A DNA stretch of 64,000 nucleotides, from positions 18,420-82,419 of the forward strand of contig DATLUG010000031.1 in assembly GCA_035533215.1 (NCBI GenBank), given 5' to 3'. The position numbers were made by a program, and so were the translations under genes. The notes under the pieces were generated by a model. The model was not told where the DNA came from and searched no databases. It saw only the letters and a program-made list of their open reading frames with translations. The stretch is from Candidatus Micrarchaeia archaeon (lineage in GTDB: Bacteria > Chloroflexota > Dormibacteria > Aeolococcales > Bog-877). Shown piece by piece: positions 19,277 to 26,455 of the stretch (position 1 is its first letter; the number at the start of each line of letters is the position of its first letter).

Positions 19277-20770
19277 ATGGGCGCCGGCGGCCCGACCGGG
19301 GCGGCCCTCGACCCGGCCCAGCTCGGGCTCGGCGACATGGACCCCGCCGCCTTCCGCCGGCACGGGCACCGAGTGGTGGAGCAGGTCGCCCGCTACCTGG
19401 AGACGGTCGCCGAGCGTCCGCCCCTCGCCGCGGTCGCCCCGGGCAGCGTGCTGGGAGCGCTCCCCGCCCACCCGCCCCGGCTTCCCGAGCCGCTCGACGC
19501 CATCCTCGCTGACGTCGACCGGCTGCTGGTCCCCGCCCTCACCCACTGGAACCACCCGCGCTTCTTCGCCTACTTCGCCTCCTCGGCCTCGGGGCCGGGG
19601 ATCTTCGGCGAGTGGCTCGCCGCCGCCTTCAACAGCAACGCCATGCTCTGGCGGACCGGACCGGCGGCGACCGAGCTGGAGACGCTGGCGACCCGGTGGC
19701 TCGCCGAGCTGATGGGCCTGCCCGGGAGCTGGGTCGGCCACATCAACGACACCGCCTCGGTCTCCACCCTCACCGCCCTCGCCGCCGCCCGGGAGGCCGC
19801 CGGGCTCGGCATCCGCGAGGAGGGGCTCGCCGGCCGTCCCGACCTCCCGCGGCTCCGCGTCTACGGATCCGCCGAGACCCACTCCTCGGTCGAGCGGGCG
19901 GTGACCACCCTGGGGCTGGGTCGGTGCGGGTACTGCGTCGTCCCGGCCGACCGGGAGTTCCGGATGGACCCCGCTGCCCTGGCGGCGGCGATCGCGGAGG
20001 ACCGCCGCCGCGGGTGGCGACCGCTGGCGGTGGTGGCCACGGTCGGGACCACCTCCACCACCAGCTGTGACCCGGTGCCCGCGATCGCGGAGATCTGCGC
20101 CGCGGCGCAGATCTGGCTCCATGTCGACGCCGCCTACGGGGGGGCCCTGGCGATCGCCCCCGAGCACCGCGCCCTGCTGGCGGGGGCGGAGGGTGCCGAC
20201 TCGCTCGTCGTCAACCCGCACAAGGGGCTGTTCGTGCCGCTCGACTGCTCGGTGCTGTTCGTCCGCGACCCGCAGCGGCTGCGGGACGCCTTCGGCCTGG
20301 TTCCCGCCTACCTGCGCGCGGGGGTTGGCCCCGCCGGTCCCGACAACCTGATGGACACCGGGGTGGCGCTGGGACGTCGCTTCCGCGCCCTCAAGCTGTG
20401 GATGGTGCTGCGCTACTTCGGCGCCGAGGGGCTGACCGCGCGGATCCGCGAGCACGTCCGCCTGGCAGGCCGGGTGGTCGCCTTCGTGGACGGGCGGCCG
20501 GACTGGGAGCGGCTGGCCCCCGCCCCGATGGCGGTGGTGTGCTTCCGCCACCATCCGGTGGGCGCGGGATGGGACGACGAGGACCGGCTGGCCGCTCACA
20601 ACCGGGAGGTGCTGGCGCGCCTCGACGCCGGCGGGGTGGTGTTCTGCTCCGGGACCGAGGTGGGCGGCCGCTTCGCGCTGCGGGCGGCGGTCGGTCAGCT
20701 CCGCACCGGTGACGCCGACGTCGAGCAGCTGCTCGCCGAGCTGGAGCGCGCCGCCGCGGGACCGAGCTGA
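19277..20770 (+). CDS. PLP-dependent aromatic-L-amino-acid/group II decarboxylase
   Basis: ORF track, 497 aa. Motifs HWNHPRFFAYF, SAETHSSVERA and LHVDAAYGG, with the PLP-Lys motif SLVVNPHKGL. An alternative start is ATG 19337. Confidence 0.85.
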   Translation: MGAGGPTGAALDPAQLGLGDMDPAAFRRHGHRVVEQVARYLETVAERPPLAAVAPGSVLGALPAHPPRLPEPLDAILADVDRLLVPALTHWNHPRFFAYFASSASGPGIFGEWLAAAFNSNAMLWRTGPAATELETLATRWLAELMGLPGSWVGHINDTASVSTLTALAAAREAAGLGIREEGLAGRPDLPRLRVYGSAETHSSVERAVTTLGLGRCGYCVVPADREFRMDPAALAAAIAEDRRRGWRPLAVVATVGTTSTTSCDPVPAIAEICAAAQIWLHVDAAYGGALAIAPEHRALLAGAEGADSLVVNPHKGLFVPLDCSVLFVRDPQRLRDAFGLVPAYLRAGVGPAGPDNLMDTGVALGRRFRALKLWMVLRYFGAEGLTARIREHVRLAGRVVAFVDGRPDWERLAPAPMAVVCFRHHPVGAGWDDEDRLAAHNREVLARLDAGGVVFCSGTEVGGRFALRAAVGQLRTGDADVEQLLAELERAAAGPS

Positions 20771-20786
20771 CCCGGCGCCGGCGGGC

Positions 20787-21704
20787 TCAGCTCCGGACCG
20801 GGGCCGGGGCGGCGGCCAGTCCGTCGATCCGCCGGTAGCGATCGCGCCGGCGGGCCGCGTCCACCCCCTCCTCCGCGAGCCGGCGGAGGTGGTGGACGAG
20901 CCGGGGGCGGAGGAGGGCGGCGGCGCCGTCCCAGTCCAGATGGGCCCCGCCGCAGGGCTCGGCGACCACCTCGTCGGCGATCCCCCAGCCCACGAGGTTG
21001 GCCGGCTCCAGCCGCAGGGCGGCCGCCGCGTGGCGCTTGCGGCCGGCATCGCGGAAGAGGATCGCCGCGGCCGTCTCGGGCGAGGCCACGGTGAGGAAGG
21101 CGTGCTCCATCACCAGCACCGCGTCCGCCAGGAGGGTGGCGAGGGCGCCGCCGCTCCCGCCCTCGCCGATGACCACCGCGACGTACGGGGTCGGCAGGGT
21201 GAGCTGGGCCTCGATCGTCTGCGCGATCGCCCACGCCTGCCCGCGCTCCTCGGCCGCCACCCCGGGGTAGGCGCCGGGGATGTCGATGAAGCTGAGGACC
21301 GGGAGCTGCAGTCGGCCGGCCAGCCGGAAGAGCCGCTGGGCCTTGCGGTATCCCTCGGGATGGGCCATCCCGAAGTTGCGCCGGCCCCGCTCCTCGAGGG
21401 TGCGACCCTTCTGGTTGGCGACCACCGCGACCGGCTCGGCCTCCAGCCGGCCGAGTCCGATGACCACCGCAGGATCGTCCCCGCCCTGGCGGTCGCCGTG
21501 GAGCTCGGTGAAGCCGTCCAGGCAGCGGGCGATGAGGTCGAGCGCGTAGGGGCGATCGGGGTGGCGCGAGAGCTCGATGCGCTCCCACGCCCGGTCTGCA
21601 TCGCCGCCGCCGGGCGGCAGGGTGGGAGGCGCCCCTGGCGCCGGAGCCGCACCCCCTGGGTGGGGCTCCGGCAGGCCCCGGGCCCTCCTGGAGCCGGCGG
21701 TCAC
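20787..21704 (-). CDS. accA: Acetyl-CoA carboxylase carboxyltransferase subunit alpha
   Basis: Within ORF 20787..21773. The GTG at 21704 overlaps the accD stop (GTGA). Motifs RHPDRPYALD, NFGMAHPEGYRKA and IGEGGSGGALA. Confidence 0.85.
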   Translation of the reverse strand: MTAGSRRARGLPEPHPGGAAPAPGAPPTLPPGGGDADRAWERIELSRHPDRPYALDLIARCLDGFTELHGDRQGGDDPAVVIGLGRLEAEPVAVVANQKGRTLEERGRRNFGMAHPEGYRKAQRLFRLAGRLQLPVLSFIDIPGAYPGVAAEERGQAWAIAQTIEAQLTLPTPYVAVVIGEGGSGGALATLLADAVLVMEHAFLTVASPETAAAILFRDAGRKRHAAAALRLEPANLVGWGIADEVVAEPCGGAHLDWDGAAALLRPRLVHHLRRLAEEGVDAARRRDRYRRIDGLAAAPAPVRS

Positions 21705-22594
21705 GCCGCGGTGGCGCCGGCCCCCGCCCGTCCCGGCGGGGCCGCGAGCACCCGGAGCAGCCCGACGACGCACGGGCGCAGCTCACGGCGGTCGACCACC
21801 GCGTCGATCAGGCCCCGCGCGTGGTGGAACTCGCTGGTCTGGAAGCCCGGCGGCAGCTCCTCGTGGGTGACCTGGGCGATGACCCTCGCTCCCGTGAAGC
21901 CGATCGTCGCCCGGGGCTCGGCCACGATCACATCGCCGAGGGCGGCGAAGCTGGCGATGCTGCCCCCCATGGTCGGGTCGGCGAGGATCGAGATGAAGGG
22001 CATGTGCGCCTCGGCCAGGGTGTGCAGGGCGGCGACGCTCTTGGCCATCTGGAGGAGCGAGAAGACGCCCTCCTGCATCCGGGCCCCCCCCGAGGTCGTC
22101 ACGCACACGAACGGGGTGCGTGACGCCGCGCACCGCTCGGCCGCCCGGGCGAGCCGCTCGCCGACCGCCGCCGAGAGGCTGCCACCCATGAAGTGGAAGT
22201 CGAAGGCGGCCAGCCCCACCGCATGGCCGCCCATCCGCGCGGCGCCGCTGAGGAGGGCGTCGGGGAGCTGGTGGCGGGACTGGGCCTCGGCCAGGCGATC
22301 CCGGTAGGGGCGGGTGTCGACGAACCCCAGCCGATCGTGACCGGCGAGGTCCTGGTCCCACTCGCGGAAGCTGCCCGGGTCGGCCAGCTGGGCGATCCGC
22401 TGGTGGGCCCCGATCCGGGTGTGGTGGGCGCACGTCGGGCACACGAAGCACTGCTCGCGCGCCAGGGCCAGGGGATGCGAGGCGCGGCAGGCGGGGCAGC
22501 TCCACCCGGTGCGAGGAGCCGCCGCGGCGCCGGTGATCGGGTGCGGCCGGTCCGGTGACTCGGGCCCGACCGGGCGGACGACCGACGGCGCCAT
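21701..22594 (-). CDS. accD: Acetyl-CoA carboxylase carboxyltransferase subunit beta
   Basis: C-terminal 297 aa of ORF 21701..24493, from ATG 22594. Zn-ribbon CPACRASH...CPTCAHH, then FDFHFMGGSLS and TSGGARMQEG. Confidence 0.9.
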   Translation of the reverse strand: MAPSVVRPVGPESPDRPHPITGAAAAPRTGWSCPACRASHPLALAREQCFVCPTCAHHTRIGAHQRIAQLADPGSFREWDQDLAGHDRLGFVDTRPYRDRLAEAQSRHQLPDALLSGAARMGGHAVGLAAFDFHFMGGSLSAAVGERLARAAERCAASRTPFVCVTTSGGARMQEGVFSLLQMAKSVAALHTLAEAHMPFISILADPTMGGSIASFAALGDVIVAEPRATIGFTGARVIAQVTHEELPPGFQTSEFHHARGLIDAVVDRRELRPCVVGLLRVLAAPPGRAGAGATAA

Positions 22595-22897
22595 CGACAC
22601 CTCCCGTGGGAAACTCGGGGCGGGCGCTCGGGGCCGTCCGACGCCCCGCGACGCGGGCGGCCCCGCGGCGGCGCGATCGTCGACCGACGACCCTGCGTTC
22701 TCCTGCACAGTCCCACCCGGTTGCGATTGGTTACGCGGCCCCTGCCGGCCCGCCCCGCCGTGTGCCGTCGCGCCTCCGCGCGTAACCGAGCGGGCGGGCC
22801 CGGCCTTGCAGGTCCCGTGGGGACGAACCTCGACGGCGCGGTCGGCGGCGGCGATCACGCCAGCGGCCTCACCGAGGGCGTCCCCGAAGCGGAGCTG

Positions 22898-24004
22898 GTG
22901 CCGCTCCCGGGCTGCCGGGTGGTCGCGGTCGGGGCGGCGGTGCCGGCCCCGGTGCTGGCCAACCGCCAGCTGACGGCCTTCCTCGAGACCTCGGAGGAGT
23001 GGATCACGACCCGGACCGGGATCCGGGAGCGCCGGGTGGCCCCGGCCGGGACGTCCGTTGCCGACCTCGGGCTCCGGGCCGCCGAGGTCGCGCTCGCGGC
23101 GGCGGGGCTCCCCGCCGCCGGGATCGATGCGGTGATCGGGACCAGCAGCTCCGCCGACGTCACGTTCCCGTCGGTGGCCTGCCGGATCCAGGCCCGGCTC
23201 GGCTGCCCCCCCGGTGTCGCCTTCGACCTCCAGGCGGCCTGCACCGGGATGGTGTACGGCGTGGGCGTGGCCCAGGCGCTGGTGCGCACCGGGGCGGCGC
23301 GGCGGGTCCTGGTGGTGGGCAGCGAGATCTTCACCCGGGTGGTGGACTGGCGCGACCGCGGCACCGCCGTCCTCTTCGGCGACGCCGCCGGGGCGATCGT
23401 GGTGGGCCCGGCCGGCGACCCCGGCAGCGAGATCCTGGCCGTCCGCCTGGGCGCCGACGGCCGCGGCGCCGACTCCCTGGTGGCGGCCCCGGTCGGTCCC
23501 GGGTCGATGCCCGACCCGCTCGCCCCCGGCCGGCCGGCTCCACCGCGCTCGCTGGGACGGGCGGTGGTGATGAACGGGCGCGAGGTCTTCCGCTTCAGCA
23601 CCCAGGTCCTGGAGCGTCTGGTCCGGGAGCTGGCGGCGGCCGCGGAGATCGCCCCCGCCGACATCGAACTGGTCGTCCCCCATCAGGCGAACTCGAGGAT
23701 CCTGGCCACCGCCGCCGGGCGGCTGGGGCTGCCGATCGACCGCTTCGTCCTCAACGTCGACCGGTACGGCAACACCTCGAGCGCGTCGGTGCCCCTGGCC
23801 CTGGTGGAGGCAGCGGCGGCGGGGCGCTGCCGGACAGGTGCCCCGATCGGTCTGGTGGCGTTCGGAGGCGGCCTCACCTGGGGCGGCATACTCCTGCGCT
23901 GGGGCGACACCGCCACCGGTCTCGACGACGCCCGCCATCCCGGCGGCGACCGGGTGGCGGTGCCGGCCGGGGCCCGGGACGGAAGGGAGGCGACGGGTGG
24001 CTGA
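22898..24004 (+). CDS. fabH: 3-oxoacyl-ACP synthase III (KAS III)
   Basis: Within ORF 22721..24004. Active-site Cys in DLQAACTGMVYG, plus VPHQANSRI and YGNTSSASVPLAL. The start is uncertain: GTG 22898 is preferred and GTG 22817 is possible. Confidence 0.85.
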   Translation: MPLPGCRVVAVGAAVPAPVLANRQLTAFLETSEEWITTRTGIRERRVAPAGTSVADLGLRAAEVALAAAGLPAAGIDAVIGTSSSADVTFPSVACRIQARLGCPPGVAFDLQAACTGMVYGVGVAQALVRTGAARRVLVVGSEIFTRVVDWRDRGTAVLFGDAAGAIVVGPAGDPGSEILAVRLGADGRGADSLVAAPVGPGSMPDPLAPGRPAPPRSLGRAVVMNGREVFRFSTQVLERLVRELAAAAEIAPADIELVVPHQANSRILATAAGRLGLPIDRFVLNVDRYGNTSSASVPLALVEAAAAGRCRTGAPIGLVAFGGGLTWGGILLRWGDTATGLDDARHPGGDRVAVPAGARDGREATGG

Positions 24005-25259
24005 GAGCGGATCCGGTCCGGCCCGGCGGGTGGTGGTGACCGGGATGGGGGCGATCTCCCCGCTCGGCATCGGGGTGGAGGCGACCTGGTCGGGATTCCT
24101 GGCCGGCCGCAATGGCATCGACCGGATCCAGAGCTTCGACCCCGCGCCGTTCGCCTCGCAGATGGCTGGGGAGGTCCGCGGGTTCGACCCCCAGAGCTTC
24201 ATGGAGCGCAAGCACGTCCAGCACACCGCCCGCTTCACCCAGTTCGCGCTCTTCGCCGCCCAGGAGGCCGTGGAGGCCTCCGGGCTGCCCATCACCGACG
24301 CCAACCGCCACGACGTCGGGGTGATCATCGGCTCCGGCATCGGCGGGCTCCAGGTGACCGAGGACGCCCACAGCACCCTCTTGGAGCGCGGACCGCGCCG
24401 GCTCAGCCCCTTCACCAGTCCGATGATCCTGATCGACATCGCCGCCGGTGAGATCTCGATGATGCTGGGGGTGGGCGGCCCCAACTTCGCCATGGTGTCG
24501 GCCTGTGCGTCCGGGGGTCATGCCATCGGCGAGGCGGCGGAGATCATCCGTCGTGGGGACGCGGTGGCCATGCTGGCCGGCAGCACCGAGTCCACCATCA
24601 CGCCGCTGGCGGTCGGCACCTTCGCGGCGATGCGGGCCCTCTCCCAGCGCAACGACGACCCCCAGCACGCCAGCCGCCCGTTCGACCGGGACCGCGACGG
24701 GTTCGTGATCGCCGAGGGCTGCGCGGTGCTGGTGCTGGAGGACGAGGCCCACGCCCGTCGTCGGGGGGCGCCGATCCTGGCCGAGCTGGCGGGCCACGGA
24801 GCGACGGCGGACGCCCACCACCTCACCGCCCCCGATCCCAGCGGCGGCGGCGCCCACCGGGCGATGGCACGGGCGCTGGAGCGGGCGCGGGTGAGCGCCG
24901 ACGAGATCGACTACATCAGCGCCCACGGGACCTCGACGCCGCTCAACGATGCCGTCGAGACCCTCGCCATCAAGCGGCTGCTGGGGGAGCGGGCGCCGAG
25001 GGTGCCGATCTCCTCGGTGAAGTCGATGATCGGGCACTCGCTCGGCGCGGCCGGCTCCTTGGAGGCGGTGGTGAGCGTGAGGGCGATCCAGGAGGGGCGG
25101 ATCCCGCCGACGATCAACCTCGAGACGAAGGACCCCGCCTGCGACCTCGACTATGTCACCCAGGGCGCCCGCAGCCTCACGGTCGACGTGGTCCTCAGCA
25201 ATTCGTTCGGCTTCGGCGGGCACAACTCGTGCCTCGCCTTCCGCCGCGCCCAGGCCTGA
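23997..25259 (+). CDS. fabF: 3-oxoacyl-ACP synthase II (KAS II)
   Basis: GTG 23997 (SD GGAAGGGAGG upstream) within ORF 23838..25259. Motifs VSACASGGHAIG, ISAHGTSTPLND and GHSLGAAG. There is an 8-nt overlap with fabH. Confidence 0.9.
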   Translation: MAESGSGPARRVVVTGMGAISPLGIGVEATWSGFLAGRNGIDRIQSFDPAPFASQMAGEVRGFDPQSFMERKHVQHTARFTQFALFAAQEAVEASGLPITDANRHDVGVIIGSGIGGLQVTEDAHSTLLERGPRRLSPFTSPMILIDIAAGEISMMLGVGGPNFAMVSACASGGHAIGEAAEIIRRGDAVAMLAGSTESTITPLAVGTFAAMRALSQRNDDPQHASRPFDRDRDGFVIAEGCAVLVLEDEAHARRRGAPILAELAGHGATADAHHLTAPDPSGGGAHRAMARALERARVSADEIDYISAHGTSTPLNDAVETLAIKRLLGERAPRVPISSVKSMIGHSLGAAGSLEAVVSVRAIQEGRIPPTINLETKDPACDLDYVTQGARSLTVDVVLSNSFGFGGHNSCLAFRRAQA

Positions 25260-25363
25260 GCCGGACCCGACCCGCTCCGACGGGCGGCGCCGCCCGTTCG
25301 CGGCCGGCCTCGACACCACCCAGCGCCTGTGGCACGCTGGGCCGGCATGCAGGAGGTCTGGCC

Positions 25364-26386
25364 ATGACGGACGACGCGCCCCTGGGCCTGGACGAGGTGC
25401 GGGGCCACGCCGAGCGGGTGCTGGAGCAGGTGGAGCGGGCGGTGGTGGGCAAGCGCGAGGTGCTGGAGCTGGTCCTGATCGGGCTGCTCGCCGATGGTCA
25501 CGTCCTGCTGGAGGACTTTCCCGGGCTCGCCAAGACCCTGCTGGCGCGCTCCTTCGCCCAGGCGATGACCCTCCAGTTCGCCCGCATCCAGTTCACCCCC
25601 GACCTGATGCCCTCCGACATCACCGGGTCCACCATCTTCAACCAACGGACCGGAGACTTCGAGACCCGCCCGGGGCCGATCTTCGCCAACCTGGTCCTGG
25701 GGGATGAGATCAACCGCTCGCCGCCCAAGACCCAGGCCGCCCTGCTGGAGGCGATGCAGGAGCGTCAGGTCACGATCGAGGGCACGACCGCGCGCCTGCC
25801 GCGCCCGTTCCTGGTCCTCGCGACCCAGAACCCGATCGAGTACGAGGGGACCTATCCCCTCCCGGAGGCCCAGCTGGATCGCTTCCTGCTGCGCACCGCG
25901 GTCGGCTACCCCGAACGGGGGGACGAGGCCCGGATGCTGCAGGAGCGTCGGGCGCGGCGCCAGGACGAGGTTGCGCTGGACGCGGTCCTGGACGGCCCCC
26001 AGCTGGTCGCCTGCCAGACGGCGGTGGAGGGGGTGACGGTGGCCGACGAGGTGGTGGGGTACGTGGTCGACCTGGTGCGGGCGACCCGGCAGAGCGCGCG
26101 GGTGCAGGTGGGGGCGAGCCCGCGCGGGAGTCTGGCCCTGCTCAAGCTGTCGCGGGCGCGGGCGGCGCTGCGGGGACGGGACTTCGTGGTCCCCGACGAC
26201 ATCCAGGCGCTGGCCGCGCCGGCCCTCGCCCACCGGCTCACCCTGCGCCCCGAGCTGTGGGTGCAGCGGATCCGGGCCGAGGACGTGGTCCAGGAGTGCT
26301 GCGCCCAGGTGCCGGTGCCCCCCACCCTGCCCCCCGAGATGCTGCTGCCGGCCCAGGGCGGGTTCGACCCGACCGCCTCCGTGTGA
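25364..26386 (+). CDS. MoxR-like AAA+ ATPase
   Basis: ATG 25364 (SD AGGAGG) within ORF 25229..26386. Motifs GHVLLEDFPGLAKT, VLGDEINRSPPKTQAALLEAMQE and ATQNPIEYEGTYPLPEAQLDRF. Confidence 0.9.
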   Translation: MTDDAPLGLDEVRGHAERVLEQVERAVVGKREVLELVLIGLLADGHVLLEDFPGLAKTLLARSFAQAMTLQFARIQFTPDLMPSDITGSTIFNQRTGDFETRPGPIFANLVLGDEINRSPPKTQAALLEAMQERQVTIEGTTARLPRPFLVLATQNPIEYEGTYPLPEAQLDRFLLRTAVGYPERGDEARMLQERRARRQDEVALDAVLDGPQLVACQTAVEGVTVADEVVGYVVDLVRATRQSARVQVGASPRGSLALLKLSRARAALRGRDFVVPDDIQALAAPALAHRLTLRPELWVQRIRAEDVVQECCAQVPVPPTLPPEMLLPAQGGFDPTASV

Positions 26387-26414
26387 CCGGGATCCGGGCT
26401 CTGGGCTGCGCGAT

Positions 26415-26446
26415 GGGGGGCGGCCGGCTCGAGGCCGGCCACCCCC
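26415..26446. terminator. GC-rich hairpin between convergent genes (possible bidirectional terminator)
   Basis: GGGGGGCGGCCGG-CTCGAG-GCCGGCCACCCCC, with about 12 bp of stem and one mismatch. It lies between the MoxR stop (26386) and the stop of the minus-strand gene (26456). No U-tract. Confidence 0.3.
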
Positions 26447-26455
26447 GCCGCCGAC

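Noticed and set aside
18059-21049. 996-aa minus-strand ORF
   Set aside because: It is antisense to the MTHFR-like and decarboxylase genes, both of which have clear family motifs. Its composition is Arg/Pro/Gly-rich noise.
22595-24493. N-terminal ~630 aa of the 930-aa ORF 21701..24493
   Set aside because: Only the last 297 aa (from ATG 22594) look like AccD. The upstream part is antisense to fabH and fabF and has no recognisable domain.
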